Of a stretch of 56,796 bases of DNA, positions 9,710-20,586 are shown piece by piece; the first letter of the stretch is position 1; each line of letters starts with the position of its first letter. The notes under the pieces were generated by a model, which worked only from the letters and a program-made list of their open reading frames with translations, was not told the DNA's origin and searched no databases. Source of the DNA: Dehalococcoidia bacterium UBA6495 (GTDB taxonomy: Bacteria > Chloroflexota > Dehalococcoidia > Lucifugimonadales > UBA826); NCBI GenBank assembly GCA_002435305.1, contig DJMH01000036.1, forward strand, positions 86,750-143,545, written 5' to 3'. The position numbers and the translations under genes are program-made.

Positions 9710-11266
9710 CTAATTCCTCAAATATTTGATCGTAAATGGCACATTATTGGCCAATTCAGTTGCAAGTAACCCTGAAGGTCCAATCTGAAGAGAAACTGAT
9801 TCAGCGGTTTTACCATGAATGTAAACTCCCAAGGAAGAAGCTTCTAAAGGTCTACTTCCCTGTCCAATAAACCCTGTAATCAAACCTGCTAATACGTCAC
9901 CAGTACCAGCAGAAGATAAAATGGGATTCGCAAAAGGGCTTATTATCGAAGAACCATTTGGATCACATATCACAGTATTGGCACCCTTTAAAACCACAAT
10001 AACTCCCCATTGCTCTGAAAATCTTTTTGCCACATTTAAACGATCCGACTGTATTTCTGACACTGATAGCCTAGTTAAACGTGACATTTCCTTAGGATGT
10101 GGGGTTAATATAGTGTTGAAAGGTATCTTATCCCACCAGTTCGAAATTTTTGAAAGCATATTCAAACCGTCGGCATCTAAAACAAGCTGAGGAAGTTTAA
10201 TATTAGACAGAACTAGATTTTGAAAAATCCTATATGTTATTCGCGAAATTCCAAATCCACATCCAATTAATAAAACTTTATAGTCTTCGACTGCTTCAAA
10301 AATTTGCCTCGCCATATGTTGGCCGGACCTTATCTCCATTCTGTCCTCTTTGAGACGCAAAAAGGTAGCTTCAGGAAACATATTAGCCATAGGATTTACT
10401 AAATGCTCAAAGGTTGCGATAGTCACGAGCCCGAGTCCTGTTTTCATCGCTGAGGAGGCTGCAAGAACCGGAGCGCCAATGTAGTTATCTGACCCACCTA
10501 CTACCATCGCTTTTCCATAACTACCTTTGTGGGACGAAACCGATCGGCCCGGCAAAATTGGTCTTACATATTCATCCGACAACAATGCGGTATCTATCTC
10601 AACGCTTAAATGGTTTGGCAAACCAATATCACAAATAATTATTTTCCCACAAAAATCTGCAGCGGGCTGATTAACATGACAAGGTTTTAAATGACCGAGC
10701 GCAAGCGTCACATCCGGTTTAAAAGCCGATGAATCCACTTCAGAGGTGTCAGAATCTACCCCAGATGGAACGTCTATAGAAAAAACCTTCGCTTTTTTTG
10801 CATTTAAGGCCTTAATATCAGAAAGAACCGTTTTAAAAGGATCACGAATGGGTAAACTGGTACCAATACCTAAAATGCCATCGACTATTATGTGGGCATT
10901 TCTTAAAAGTGAATGTATAGAAGAAAAAGAACAATTTTCTTTTCCTTCGCTTATGTCTATTAACGAGGTTCCCATCTCCAAAGTTTCCTGACGCCTTAAG
11001 TCAGGTTCCGAACGTGGTTTGAGAATTACTGCAGTAACTGTGGCTCCCCACATAGCTAAGTGGCCACTAGCTATTAAACAATCAGATCCGTTGTTTCCTG
11101 TCCCCACGAGGGAAACCACTTTCAACCCTTTCAGCGGCCCCATATTTTTCGCTATGTGGCTGGCTATTGAGAACCCAGCGTTATTCATCAATTCATTGGT
11201 GGATAAGCCGAGTGTTTCACTCCTAGCTTCAAGATCCCGCATTTGGTGAGATGAGACGATTTTCAC
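9710..11266 (-). CDS. nnr: bifunctional NAD(P)H-hydrate epimerase / ADP-dependent dehydratase
   Basis: 518 aa. YjeF_N domain (GTGNNGSD) fused to a carbohydrate-kinase-like dehydratase domain (SAGTGDVLAG). Confidence 0.9.
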   Translation of the reverse strand: MKIVSSHQMRDLEARSETLGLSTNELMNNAGFSIASHIAKNMGPLKGLKVVSLVGTGNNGSDCLIASGHLAMWGATVTAVILKPRSEPDLRRQETLEMGTSLIDISEGKENCSFSSIHSLLRNAHIIVDGILGIGTSLPIRDPFKTVLSDIKALNAKKAKVFSIDVPSGVDSDTSEVDSSAFKPDVTLALGHLKPCHVNQPAADFCGKIIICDIGLPNHLSVEIDTALLSDEYVRPILPGRSVSSHKGSYGKAMVVGGSDNYIGAPVLAASSAMKTGLGLVTIATFEHLVNPMANMFPEATFLRLKEDRMEIRSGQHMARQIFEAVEDYKVLLIGCGFGISRITYRIFQNLVLSNIKLPQLVLDADGLNMLSKISNWWDKIPFNTILTPHPKEMSRLTRLSVSEIQSDRLNVAKRFSEQWGVIVVLKGANTVICDPNGSSIISPFANPILSSAGTGDVLAGLITGFIGQGSRPLEASSLGVYIHGKTAESVSLQIGPSGLLATELANNVPFTIKYLRN

Positions 11267-11279
11267 GACTTTTTACTTC

Positions 11280-11945
11280 TCAGGGTCTAACCCATATAAG
11301 TTTGGCCACTATAGTACTGAAAACAAGTTCATCTTGATTGCATTCTAGGGTTACAATCCCCCTTGGCAAAGATGAGTCGATTATCTTAATGGAAGTCTCG
11401 GGGACAAATCCCTTTTCAACAAAATAGGCTAACAAGTCCTGATTATCCTCAGGAACCCTATCCAAAATATATTTGTTGCTAGGCCTACATTTATCTAACG
11501 TTATGGCGTTAGCTGGAATGGTATAGCCACTCCCTGGTATCGGATGTCCAAAGGGACAAGTCTGAGGGTTATCTAGTAAGTCTACGACCTTCTGTTCTAG
11601 GTATGGAGACATCGTGTGTTCCAGTCTATGCGCCTCAATGTGAGCAAACTCAAGGTCGATATTCAAGACATCTACCAAAAGTCTTTCAGCCAGCCGATGT
11701 CTTCGTAAAATAACTTCCGCATATTGACGACCATTCTTGGTCAAAACAATCTCTTTGTCTGTGGAGATACCAACCAGTTTTTCTCTCGACATCCGTCTGA
11801 TCATTGCACTGACCGAAGGAAGTGATGTGCCTAATCCTTCACCTAGGGGCAAAATTTTAAAATGCTCAGACAATTGGGCAACAGAAACTTTGATCTGTTG
11901 TTCCTCAAGACGAAGAATAGACAAAAGATAGTTTTCCATTGCCAT
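11280..11945 (-). CDS. DtxR/MntR-family metal-dependent transcriptional repressor
   Basis: wHTH N-terminus (ENYLLSILRLEE), dimerisation/metal region (RRHRLAERLL, HRLEH), C-terminal SH3/FeoA-like domain. Start set to ATG 11945; the 21 upstream track codons look non-homologous. Confidence 0.85.
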   Translation of the reverse strand: MAMENYLLSILRLEEQQIKVSVAQLSEHFKILPLGEGLGTSLPSVSAMIRRMSREKLVGISTDKEIVLTKNGRQYAEVILRRHRLAERLLVDVLNIDLEFAHIEAHRLEHTMSPYLEQKVVDLLDNPQTCPFGHPIPGSGYTIPANAITLDKCRPSNKYILDRVPEDNQDLLAYFVEKGFVPETSIKIIDSSLPRGIVTLECNQDELVFSTIVAKLIWVRP

Positions 11946-12048
11946 GGATAATCTGGAGGTATTAAAAACAGCTGACGTTATGGCTCTCGAATTTGCCAAT
12001 CTCCGCACCTATCTTGAAAGCACCAAGAAACTCAAGTTACAGCTTAAG

Positions 12049-12447
12049 TTACCGTTTGGTGTATTGTTTGGCCTTTCGTGCTCCCTTAAGGCCGGGTTTT
12101 TTACGTTCTTTCACACGTGAATCTCTGGTGAGTAACCCTGCCTTTTTCAGTTCATCTCTGTATCTGCCATTGTCAATTTCAGCAAGAGCCCTTGAGATGC
12201 CGTGCCTTATGGCTCCGGCCCGTCCGCTAACTCCACCACCTTTTACCTTGGCGACGACCCTAAATTTTCCTTGGGTGTTTGTTACGGTGAAAGGCTCATT
12301 TATTACTTGCTGCCATGTACTAAAAGGAAAAGCGTCTTCTATTAATTTATCTTCAACAACAACAGGGCCCGCATCCTGATATAACCTAACCTGCGCCACT
12401 GAAGTTTTTCTTCTACCAACTGCATATGTGTACTGTTGTTCAACCAA
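12049..12447 (-). CDS. rpsI: 30S ribosomal protein uS9
   Basis: GRRKTSVA, GGGVSGRAGAIRHGISRAL, C-terminal KQYTKR. TTG start with AAGGAG 6 nt upstream. Confidence 0.97.
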   Translation of the reverse strand: MVEQQYTYAVGRRKTSVAQVRLYQDAGPVVVEDKLIEDAFPFSTWQQVINEPFTVTNTQGKFRVVAKVKGGGVSGRAGAIRHGISRALAEIDNGRYRDELKKAGLLTRDSRVKERKKPGLKGARKAKQYTKR

Positions 12448-12484
12448 TGTTTTCTCCTTTCAGAATGAGGAAATTAACCCTTCG

Positions 12485-12919
12485 TTACTCATCAGAATTT
12501 ACTTGTGCCTGATGAGGGTGTTCACTTCCTGAATAAACTTTCAATCTGCCCAACATTCTCCTTCCCGGTACGTTTTTGGGCAGCATCCCTTTCACAGACT
12601 GTCTAATAACACGGTCAGGGTGTGTATCCAGCATTTGCTGTAAAGTTCTTTCCGTTAAACCACCATGGTATCCACTATGTCGATAGTATTTCTTTTGCTC
12701 TATTTTCTTTCCTGTAACATGAATTTTTTCTGCATTTACTACAACAACATAGTCCCCTGTATTTAAATAAGGGACATAGCCAGGTTTATGTTTACCCTGC
12801 AGAAGGATCGCAATTTCTGAGCTTATCCTACCTAGTGTTTTACCTTCCGCATCAACCACATGCCAATCCGGTTTCAATTCACTTATATTCGGCTGTTCCA
12901 TTTTTTGTTTTATCGCCAT
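12485..12919 (-). CDS. rplM: 50S ribosomal protein uL13
   Basis: [13 protein letters not shown] and GKHKPGYVP motifs. Directly upstream of rpsI. Confidence 0.97.
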   Translation of the reverse strand: MAIKQKMEQPNISELKPDWHVVDAEGKTLGRISSEIAILLQGKHKPGYVPYLNTGDYVVVVNAEKIHVTGKKIEQKKYYRHSGYHGGLTERTLQQMLDTHPDRVIRQSVKGMLPKNVPGRRMLGRLKVYSGSEHPHQAQVNSDE

Positions 12920-12930
12920 AGTTATATCCC

Positions 12931-13689
12931 TCAGTTCACAGGAGTTAAATCACAATAGTTTTCATAAATTATTTTTTCAAGACACAAGCCTCTTGCAGGC
13001 ATTGAATTGCTCCTAGCAGAACCTTCACCGCTAATTAGATCTTGGACATCCTGCAATTTTAGGTTTCCCCTACCCAAATCCAGCAAACTTCCCACCATAC
13101 GCCTTACCTGGTGAGAAAGAAAGGCATTTCCTTCAACTTCATAAGTAAGCGTTTCACGCTCATAAGTCCACTCGGATCGATAAATCATTCTGACAGTAGT
13201 TTTGTTATCTTCCACCTTACCGGCAAATTTACTAAAATCATGTTCCCCGAGGAACAATTTAGCACCCTCACACATGAGGTCTCTATCAAGATAGCCAGTG
13301 ACACAATGTGTATATAATCTTTTCAAAGGGGAATGAAAATTCGAATTAAAAATCGAATATCTATAAACCCTTGATTTCGCGTCCCTCCTAGGATCGAAAT
13401 TCTTTCCTACTTGAACAACCTTTTTGATAGCAATGTCTTCTGGAAGATAATGATTCATTCCATCGGCTATCCGGTTTGTTTTCAAATCGGAGTTTGTGTC
13501 GAATGCTGCAACCTGGTTTCTAGCATGAACTCCCGCATCTGTTCTCCCAGCCGCGGTAATTCTTGTTTTTCTACCGGTGAGCCTTTCTATTGAGTTTTCT
13601 AATTCCTCCTGTACACTGCTTGCGTTAGTTTGATATTGAAATCCATGGTATCTGGTTCCCTCATACTCAATTATAACCGCCAACCTCAT
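12931..13689 (-). CDS. truA: tRNA pseudouridine(38-40) synthase
   Basis: [11 protein letters not shown] and catalytic [10 protein letters not shown]. Homologs begin near [11 protein letters not shown], so ATG 13689 is preferred to the track TTG 13719. Confidence 0.92.
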   Translation of the reverse strand: MRLAVIIEYEGTRYHGFQYQTNASSVQEELENSIERLTGRKTRITAAGRTDAGVHARNQVAAFDTNSDLKTNRIADGMNHYLPEDIAIKKVVQVGKNFDPRRDAKSRVYRYSIFNSNFHSPLKRLYTHCVTGYLDRDLMCEGAKLFLGEHDFSKFAGKVEDNKTTVRMIYRSEWTYERETLTYEVEGNAFLSHQVRRMVGSLLDLGRGNLKLQDVQDLISGEGSARSNSMPARGLCLEKIIYENYCDLTPVN

Positions 13690-13711
13690 GTTTACTTGGA
13701 AATTCTTGTAC

Positions 13712-14065
13712 CTATTCAACCAGCTCTAAAATAGCCATTTCAGAAGCGTCCCCTTTCCTCGGGCCCAGCTTAGTTATTCTGGTATAACCACCATTCCGAT
13801 CTTGATAGCGATCCCCAAGCTCATCAAATACTTTTTTCACGACAGCTTCGTCTGTGAGCAAGCCTGCCGCTTGTCTCCTATGGTGTAGGCTACCTTTCTT
13901 ACCCAAGGTTATAATTTTCTCAGCCATCTTTCTGACTTCTTTAGCCTTGGAATCTGTAGTTTTCATCCTCTCATTTCGCAACAGGTCAGTCGCCATGCTC
14001 CTAAGCATGAGAAGTCTATGTCCAGTGGGTCTACCTAATTTCCTTCCTGAAAGTTGATGTCTCAC
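13712..14065 (-). CDS. rplQ: 50S ribosomal protein bL17
   Basis: N-terminus [17 protein letters not shown]. Sits in the slot after rpoA. Confidence 0.97.
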   Translation of the reverse strand: MRHQLSGRKLGRPTGHRLLMLRSMATDLLRNERMKTTDSKAKEVRKMAEKIITLGKKGSLHHRRQAAGLLTDEAVVKKVFDELGDRYQDRNGGYTRITKLGPRKGDASEMAILELVE

Positions 14066-14083
14066 AATGAATATCTCCTATTT

Positions 14084-15133
14084 CTATCCTTCATCAACTT
14101 CGATTTCAGGATTGTTTTCTGCGATTTGTTCTTCCTGGCTGGCATTCAATTCTGGATCTAGATGATCTGGTAGTATTTCCAGCTCTCTAAACCTGTCATA
14201 AAGTTCCCTGTAGGACTTTTCTCCGAAATTCCTTATCTCCAACAATTCACTTTTTGACTTCTCCATAACTTCGCCAACCTTATTAAGGGCGGCACGCTTA
14301 AGACAGTTCAAAGTCCTAGATGAAAGTTCTAACTCCTCCACTGTCATATTGTAATGCTCTGCCGGTATATCCATTGATACTCCATCAGAGCCTTCTTGGG
14401 CATCCTCCGCCTTGGTGAAAAGGAAAAACTGATTCACCAGTATATTTGCAGCCTCTATAACTGCCTCCACCGGATATTTTGAGCCATCTGTCCATACCTC
14501 AAAGTGAAGTTCTTCGAAGTCAGTCCTCTGGCCTACTCTAGTCTGGTTTATGGTGTAATTAACCTTTCTAACCGGCGTAAAGACAGCATCTATAGGAATT
14601 ACCCCTATGGGATGTCCTTCGCTGCTATCAGCTACCTTATAGCCTTTTCCATGATCAACATTCAAAACCATATTAAGTTCCGCATCGGGAGAATCTAAGG
14701 TGGCAATATGCTGATCAGTATTTACTACAATAATTTCTGAAGAGGGTGTAATATCCCCGGCAGTGATTTTCCCTTCTCCTTTGGTCACTAATCTAAGTTG
14801 TCCCACAGATTCTGATCCGGTCCGTATCCTCAAGTTCTTTACATTGAGCAATATCTCTGAAACTTCTTCCTTGACGTTGTCAATGTTTGAATACTCATGC
14901 AGAGTACCCTCGATTCTTACCCATGTAATAGCAGAGCCAGATAAAGAATTATATAAAACTCTCCTCAATGGATTCCCTAAAGTTACACCGTAGCCTGGGT
15001 CTAAAGGACCAATTACAAATTTCCCATACGTTTCGGATGCTTCCGCTACCGATATACGTGGATTGGCAACAATCTCCTCCTCTTCCTCTTCAGGAGCATC
15101 CAAGATAGACATCGCAGTATAATCCGTTACCAT
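14084..15133 (-). CDS. rpoA: DNA-directed RNA polymerase subunit alpha
   Basis: 349 aa. NTD (GYGVTLGNPLRRVL) and helix-hairpin-helix CTD (ELSSRTLNCLKRA...IRNFGEKSYREL). Acidic N- and C-terminal tails. Confidence 0.97.
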   Translation of the reverse strand: MVTDYTAMSILDAPEEEEEEIVANPRISVAEASETYGKFVIGPLDPGYGVTLGNPLRRVLYNSLSGSAITWVRIEGTLHEYSNIDNVKEEVSEILLNVKNLRIRTGSESVGQLRLVTKGEGKITAGDITPSSEIIVVNTDQHIATLDSPDAELNMVLNVDHGKGYKVADSSEGHPIGVIPIDAVFTPVRKVNYTINQTRVGQRTDFEELHFEVWTDGSKYPVEAVIEAANILVNQFFLFTKAEDAQEGSDGVSMDIPAEHYNMTVEELELSSRTLNCLKRAALNKVGEVMEKSKSELLEIRNFGEKSYRELYDRFRELEILPDHLDPELNASQEEQIAENNPEIEVDEG

Positions 15134-15151
15134 TTAAATAGTCTCCTGTAT

Positions 15152-15751
15152 TTACTTTGAGTAATATTCCACAATCTGAACTGTATCGATGATTATTTCA
15201 CCATCTTCCGCCCCAGGTTCAGTGACTATTGAGGCAGTCATTTTATCTTGATCCAGATTGATCCAATGAGGACTCTGGATAGATTTACAATTACTTTTTG
15301 CTATCTCGAACAATTCCGTTTTCTGGCCCTTTGGTCCCCACGAAATTTGGTCTCCTTGCGCTACCTGATAGGAAGGAATATCTACTTTAGCTGCGTTTAC
15401 CATGAAATGACCATGGTTGACGGCTTGCCTTGACTGCTTTCTCGAAAAGAACATGCCGGTCCTATACAAAACATTGTCTAGACGTTTCTCAAGTAACACC
15501 ATGAGATTATCGCCAGTTATTCCATCCATATCTAAGGCCTTTTCATAGTAATTCTTGAACTGTTTTTCCATGATTCCATATAAAAATCTAGCCTTTTGTT
15601 TTTCTTTCAACTGCAATCCGTATGCAGAAACACGTCTTCGGCGTGTATAGCCTTGGTTAGATTTATTTTCCTTTCTAACTTTATAGGCCCCATAATTATC
15701 TAGTCCCAAGGATCTGAGTTTTTTCTGAATCGGTCCTGTGTATCTTGCCAT
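15152..15751 (-). CDS. rpsD: 30S ribosomal protein uS4
   Basis: MARYTGP N-terminus and S4 RNA-binding domain (RLDNVLYRTG). Confidence 0.97.
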   Translation of the reverse strand: MARYTGPIQKKLRSLGLDNYGAYKVRKENKSNQGYTRRRRVSAYGLQLKEKQKARFLYGIMEKQFKNYYEKALDMDGITGDNLMVLLEKRLDNVLYRTGMFFSRKQSRQAVNHGHFMVNAAKVDIPSYQVAQGDQISWGPKGQKTELFEIAKSNCKSIQSPHWINLDQDKMTASIVTEPGAEDGEIIIDTVQIVEYYSK

Positions 15752-15808
15752 TTGTTTACACTCTATTTTTTTCTGCTAATTTCATGTTTGGAAGGTAGAA
15801 AATATTTC

Positions 15809-16195
15809 CTAAACCCTTCTTCTCTTCGGAGGACGACATCCATTATGGGGAATGGGAGTAACATCTTTTATGCTACTAACGATTATCCCGGCCCCCTGTA
15901 TGGCTCTAATCGCAGCCTCTCTTCCAGCTCCTGGGCCTCTGACAAAAACATCTACTTGCCTTACCCCTTCGCCCATAGCCTTCTTTGCTGCGTCTTCTCC
16001 AGCTCTTTGAGCAGCAAAAGCTGTCGATTTACGAGAGCCTCGAAATCCAGCTGTTCCTGCACTGCCCCAGGCAACCGTATTACCAGTAGGGTCAGTCAGA
16101 GTTACTATCGTATTGTTGAAGGTAGATTGAATGTACGCTCTACCCAAAGGTACAGGTCCTCTATCCCTTTTTCTTGTCCTCGGCCGTCTAGCCAT
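15809..16195 (-). CDS. rpsK: 30S ribosomal protein uS11
   Basis: [16 protein letters not shown] and [12 protein letters not shown]. Confidence 0.97.
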   Translation of the reverse strand: MARRPRTRKRDRGPVPLGRAYIQSTFNNTIVTLTDPTGNTVAWGSAGTAGFRGSRKSTAFAAQRAGEDAAKKAMGEGVRQVDVFVRGPGAGREAAIRAIQGAGIIVSSIKDVTPIPHNGCRPPKRRRV

Positions 16196-16237
16196 TATTT
16201 AACTCCTTAGGTTACCGATGCCATTAAGAAATTTCGT

Positions 16238-16615
16238 TTACCTAGTTGTAGAATGTTTCCTCGAAACTGCCATTTTTCGGCCTCTTTTAGCCCTGGCATT
16301 AGTTTTAGTCCTTTGACCCCTTGTAGGTAGCCCTCGCCTATGGCGTGTTCCTCGATAGCACCCGATGTCAATCAATCTTCGTATGTTTTGATTGACCTCC
16401 CTCCTCAGATCCCCTTCCACCATACGCCCTTTATCTATGATTTCCCTCATTCGATTCAAATCTTCATCCGACAAATCTCTTACTCGGGGATTATCAATAA
16501 TCCCTGCCTGGTTAATTACATCCAATGCCATCGTTCGACCAATCCCATAGATACTGGTCAATGCAGTCTCGACCCGTTTCGCGTCTGGTATGTTCACCCC
16601 TGCTATTATAGCCAT
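16238..16615 (-). CDS. rpsM: 30S ribosomal protein uS13
   Basis: MAIIAGVNIP and YRGTRHRRGLPTRGQRTKTNAR. Confidence 0.97.
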   Translation of the reverse strand: MAIIAGVNIPDAKRVETALTSIYGIGRTMALDVINQAGIIDNPRVRDLSDEDLNRMREIIDKGRMVEGDLRREVNQNIRRLIDIGCYRGTRHRRGLPTRGQRTKTNARAKRGRKMAVSRKHSTTR

Positions 16616-16624
16616 CAGTCACCT

Positions 16625-16738
16625 TTATCCTTGTCTTTGCTTATGCTTGGGATTTTCGCAGATAATCCTTACCCGACCTTTACGACGAATAACCCGGCAT
16701 TTAGCGCACCTAACTTTCACGGAAGCGCTAACCTTCAT
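16625..16738 (-). CDS. rpmJ: 50S ribosomal protein bL36 (zinc-ribbon form)
   Basis: Too short for the ORF track. Minus-strand ATG 16738 to TAA 16625 hand-translates to [37 protein letters not shown]. Sits in the canonical slot between infA and rpsM. Confidence 0.93.
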   Translation of the reverse strand: MKVSASVKVRCAKCRVIRRKGRVRIICENPKHKQRQG

Positions 16739-16788
16739 AACCTACTCCATTTCGTACTGCTGTCGTTTCTTTCAAATCCATTAATAAA

Positions 16789-17013
16789 CTATCTAAACCT
16801 ATATGTGATCCTGCCCCTTGTTAGATCATATGGAGATAGGTCCACCAGCACTCTATCACCAGGCAAAACCCGAATATAATTAACCCTCAACTTCCCTGAT
16901 ATATAGGCGAGTACTTCATGACCATTGGCGAGTTCAACTTTAAAAGAAGCATTCGGCAGTGCTTCTAGCACGGTACCTTCTACTTCTATTGACTCTTTTT
17001 CCCTTTTAGTCAT
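16789..17013 (-). CDS. infA: translation initiation factor IF-1
   Basis: 74 aa S1-like fold: [32 protein letters not shown]. Confidence 0.97.
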   Translation of the reverse strand: MTKREKESIEVEGTVLEALPNASFKVELANGHEVLAYISGKLRVNYIRVLPGDRVLVDLSPYDLTRGRITYRFR

Positions 17014-17044
17014 AAAACTCCTATCGTTAGTCTTCCTGCCCTTT

Positions 17045-17830
17045 TTATGTCAAAACCTCAGGACCTTCAGAAGTTATTACCACAGTATGTTCTGAATGGG
17101 CAGATAATTCCCCATCCTCAGTTACCACAGTCCAGCCATCCGGCATAATTTTGGTTTTCCATGTGCCTATATTAAGCATCGGTTCAATCGCTAATACCAT
17201 ACCTTCTTGCAATAAAGGGCCCCTACCGGGACTTCCATAGTTCGGAATTTGTGGTTCTTCATGAAGGGCTCTACCTATCCCATGTCCAACGTATTCCCTG
17301 ACAACTGAAAACCCTTCAGCTTCTGCAAAAACCTGTATCGCATTAGATATGTCAGTCAGCCGGCTCCCAGGCGTAGCCTTTGCTATACCTGCAAACAAAG
17401 ATTCCGCGGTCACATCAATCAGTTTCTGAGCTGTGTCTGTCACTAGCCCTACCCCTGCAGTGAATGCACTATCCCCGTGATATCCTTCTACAATCGCTCC
17501 AAAATCTACACTGACTATATCACCGTCTTGCATCTTACGGTCACTCGGAATGCCATGCACAATTTCTTCGTTAAAGGAGAAACAAATCGTGGCTGGAAAA
17601 GGCGGCATATGAGGGGCTGGCTGATATCCCTTAAATGAAGGAATAGCTCCCCTTTTTTTTATTATCTCCTCCGCTAAAGCGTCCATCTCTGCGCTAGTTA
17701 CCCCTGGGGCCAAAGCATTTTTCACCGCTGATTTGGCTTCGGCTATAATGCGCCCTGCCTCTCTCATCAAACTAATCTCTCGAGGAGCCTTGACAGTTAT
17801 CCCTTTGGTGTTAGCATTTCCGGCCGTCAT
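17045..17830 (-). CDS. map: type I methionine aminopeptidase
   Basis: 261 aa. Metal-ligand contexts [21 protein letters not shown] and EHTV. Confidence 0.95.
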   Translation of the reverse strand: MTAGNANTKGITVKAPREISLMREAGRIIAEAKSAVKNALAPGVTSAEMDALAEEIIKKRGAIPSFKGYQPAPHMPPFPATICFSFNEEIVHGIPSDRKMQDGDIVSVDFGAIVEGYHGDSAFTAGVGLVTDTAQKLIDVTAESLFAGIAKATPGSRLTDISNAIQVFAEAEGFSVVREYVGHGIGRALHEEPQIPNYGSPGRGPLLQEGMVLAIEPMLNIGTWKTKIMPDGWTVVTEDGELSAHSEHTVVITSEGPEVLT

Positions 17831-17898
17831 AAACTAAATTATCCCAACCGTCAGCAAAAAAGCTGAAACACCATTATACAATGAACGCACTAGGGTAA

Positions 17899-18537
17899 TC
17901 ATCCCAAAGCCTTCCTTAGAGATTTTTCAACCACACGTATTGGGAGAGACCCATCTATTTCGAGTATATTGCCAGTTCCTTTATATCTTTCAACAACTGG
18001 GTCAGTTTCTTGTCTATATACCTTCAACCGCTCCCTCATAACAACCTCTGAATCATCATCTCGTTGGAACAAATCACCGCCACATTTATCGCACGCACCA
18101 TCATTTATGGGAGGGTAGAATTCTTTGTGATATGGAGTTTGGCATTTTCTACACAGCATCCTTCCAGACAACCTTTTTATCAACTCCAATTCCGGCACCT
18201 TGAATAATATTACTTTATCAATCCCACCTACTTCACTCAGGCGATCATCTAATGCCTGTGCTTGCGACAGTGTCCGAGGAAATCCATCTAAAATGAATCC
18301 TCTTTTATTTCCAGGATCTTCTATCCAAGACATCACCATATTTATGGTCACATCATCGGGTACATATTTGCCTTGATCCATATAGGTTTTGGCCAATTTC
18401 CCTAACTCGGTGTCATTGGCTAGATTCTCCCTAAACAAGTCTCCAGACGACACACTATTAACCTGCACAAGGGAAGCTACGAAGGAAGCCTGGGTACCTT
18501 TACCCGAACCTGGGGGACCCATAAGGACTATTTTCAT
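17899..18537 (-). CDS. adk: adenylate kinase (zinc-lid type)
   Basis: P-loop GPPGSGKGT and lid CRKC...CDKCGG. ATG 18537 (MKIVLMGPPG, AAGGTGA upstream) is preferred to the track GTG 18543. Confidence 0.96.
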   Translation of the reverse strand: MKIVLMGPPGSGKGTQASFVASLVQVNSVSSGDLFRENLANDTELGKLAKTYMDQGKYVPDDVTINMVMSWIEDPGNKRGFILDGFPRTLSQAQALDDRLSEVGGIDKVILFKVPELELIKRLSGRMLCRKCQTPYHKEFYPPINDGACDKCGGDLFQRDDDSEVVMRERLKVYRQETDPVVERYKGTGNILEIDGSLPIRVVEKSLRKALG

Positions 18538-18570
18538 ACCCACTCACCTTCGCGCTGATACATGTGAAAC

Positions 18571-19908
18571 CTATAAAAATCCTTCATAGTTACGCATCAA
18601 TAGCTGAGACTCCAACTGCCGCATAGTATCCAAGGCCACTCCAACCATGATTAGCAAACTAGTACTACTTAAGGTTAAGGCTTGAATTCCAGTTAGCTCA
18701 GAGACAAAATATGGAACTATTGCGATACCACCCAGGAAAAGGGCTCCTCCCCAAGTGATTCTTATTATCACCCTATTTAGATACTCCTGAGTTGGTAATC
18801 CTGGGCGTATCCCAGGTATAAATCCACCGTTTCTTTGTAAAGTTTCAGCAAGATTTTGCTGTTGGAAAATTACCAGGGTATAGAAAAAAGTAAACATTAC
18901 TACCAATATAAAAACAGCTATCCAATAGGGAAGGTTTGATGGATCAAGAGTACTTGCAAAAAAAGAGGCGATCGAATTTAAAAACCCATCGTCCAATGGA
19001 TCGTTAAAGTAGCTAGCAATCGTCCCTGGCAAGATTATTATTGAAAAAGCAAAAATCAACGGGATCATCCCTGCTGTATTCACTCTGATGGGTAAAAAAG
19101 AAGACCCACTCTGACGCTGCATCCGTCCTCCACGGAAGACACTCCTGCCATATTGCACTGGCACCCTACGCTGTGCCTCATTAAAAAAAACGATTATATA
19201 TATCAATGCAAACCCAATTACCCCAAGCATAATTAGTGTAGATACATAGTCATTTTCTAGAAATCCTCTTCCCAGCATTTGGGGCAGACCTGCAACGATA
19301 CCACCAAATATGATTAGAGAAACCCCGTTACCAAGACCTCTCTCAGTTATTAACTCGCCAAGCCAGACCAAAAACATGGTACCTGCAACAAGTGACAACA
19401 TCATGGCAAAGGTATGCAAATTTAGGCCAAAATCGACCCCAGGAAGCACTCCAGACGATCTGAGAAGGGTTAACTGGCCCCAACCTTGCATGAAAGCAAT
19501 CGGAACTGTCAAAAAATGGGTATATTGGTTGATTTTTTGGCGTCCAAACTCCCCTTCCTGAGATAACTCTTTGAGACCAGGCATAACTGGGGTGAGTATC
19601 TGCATAACGATCGAAGCCGTGATATATGGGTAAACACCTAGAGCAGCCACGCTTAAATTGGCTAAAGCACCGCCACTGAATAGATCCAAGAACCCTAGAA
19701 GTGCTTGATCACGAAATGCTTGGGATAAGGCTTGAGTGTCAACGCCAGGTACTGGAACGTGAGCAACAAACCTAAAAATAAGGAGCATTGCAAAGGTGAA
19801 AAGGATTTTGTACCGTAAATCTGGAACCTTCATTGCATCCAGCATGGACTGGATTAATTGAGGTCGCGATAATTGATCAGATCGAGACGATTGGGCTTGT
19901 CGAACCAT
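18571..19908 (-). CDS. secY: preprotein translocase subunit SecY
   Basis: 445 aa polytopic membrane protein in the conserved rplO-secY-adk slot. An alternative start at Met22 (19845) cannot be excluded. Confidence 0.95.
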   Translation of the reverse strand: MVRQAQSSRSDQLSRPQLIQSMLDAMKVPDLRYKILFTFAMLLIFRFVAHVPVPGVDTQALSQAFRDQALLGFLDLFSGGALANLSVAALGVYPYITASIVMQILTPVMPGLKELSQEGEFGRQKINQYTHFLTVPIAFMQGWGQLTLLRSSGVLPGVDFGLNLHTFAMMLSLVAGTMFLVWLGELITERGLGNGVSLIIFGGIVAGLPQMLGRGFLENDYVSTLIMLGVIGFALIYIIVFFNEAQRRVPVQYGRSVFRGGRMQRQSGSSFLPIRVNTAGMIPLIFAFSIIILPGTIASYFNDPLDDGFLNSIASFFASTLDPSNLPYWIAVFILVVMFTFFYTLVIFQQQNLAETLQRNGGFIPGIRPGLPTQEYLNRVIIRITWGGALFLGGIAIVPYFVSELTGIQALTLSSTSLLIMVGVALDTMRQLESQLLMRNYEGFL

Positions 19909-20364
19909 CTATTCTATTACCTGTATTGTTCCACCTGCCGTCTCAATTTTATTCTTAGCAGATTTCGTGAATTTATGAGCAGAGATCTTCAAATTTACCG
20001 TTATTTCACCCCTACCCAAAATTTTTATGGGTAATTTCTCATCTTTGATAACTCCGCTTTGAACCAATCCTTGTGGGGATACTTCGCCTCCGTCCGGGTA
20101 CACACGACAAATACTATCTATGTTTACTAGATGATATTTCGTTTTGAAAATGTTTGTGAAGCCTCTCAAGGACGGCATTCTTTTGATCAAAGACAGTTGA
20201 CCACCCTCGAACCCTGGTCTAACACCCCCGCCACTTCTGGATTTCTGACCTTTCATCCCTCGACCAGAAAAACTCCCATTTCCGCTACCATCTCCGCGGC
20301 CAATACGTTTTCGCTTCCCAGATTTAGATCCTGAAGATTTTATTGTGTGATTTTGCATAGTCAT
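19909..20364 (-). CDS. rplO: 50S ribosomal protein uL15
   Basis: Gly/Arg-rich N-terminus KRKRIGRGDGSGNG. Confidence 0.96.
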   Translation of the reverse strand: MTMQNHTIKSSGSKSGKRKRIGRGDGSGNGSFSGRGMKGQKSRSGGGVRPGFEGGQLSLIKRMPSLRGFTNIFKTKYHLVNIDSICRVYPDGGEVSPQGLVQSGVIKDEKLPIKILGRGEITVNLKISAHKFTKSAKNKIETAGGTIQVIE

Positions 20365-20392
20365 ATCTAAATACCTAAATAATCAGTCCTCA

Positions 20393-20575
20393 TTATTCCC
20401 GCTCTCTAACCTCAACCAAATGTCCCACTTTCTTTAGCATCCCCATAATAGAAGGGGATGATTCATGTACCACTGTATGGTTTAATTTTCTAAGTCCCAA
20501 ACTCTCTATTATTCTTCTTTGCCTTTGAGAATAACCGATGGTACTTTTTTTCCATGTAACCGAAATTTTTGCCAT
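20393..20575 (-). CDS. rpmD: 50S ribosomal protein uL30
   Basis: 60 aa in the slot between rpsE and rplO. LGLRKLNHTVV segment. Confidence 0.93.
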   Translation of the reverse strand: MAKISVTWKKSTIGYSQRQRRIIESLGLRKLNHTVVHESSPSIMGMLKKVGHLVEVRERE

Positions 20576-20586
20576 TTTGCGATACC

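Noticed and set aside
12009-12048. Hairpin ACTTAAG-ctgtaa-CTTGAGT after rpsI as a terminator for the ribosomal cluster.
   Set aside because: It is a 7-bp AT-rich stem with a G-U pair and no clear U tract, too weak to call from sequence alone.
15752-16879. Large plus-strand ORFs in the track (15752-16210 of 152 aa, 16340-16879 of 179 aa; similarly 24095-24547 and 12177-12379) lie opposite rpsK, rpsM, rpmJ, rplN and rpsI.
   Set aside because: They are antisense shadows of highly conserved ribosomal protein genes. Their translations are low-complexity (S, L, P, F and C rich) with no recognisable motifs. The same applies to essentially all other short track ORFs that overlap the annotated genes.
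17831-17898. TGTATAAT-like element and a CAGC-tttttt-GCTG hairpin between adk and map, as an internal promoter or attenuator.
   Set aside because: There is no acceptable -35, the TG is misplaced for an extended -10, and the stem is only 4-5 bp. It cannot be distinguished from chance in AT-rich spacer sequence.
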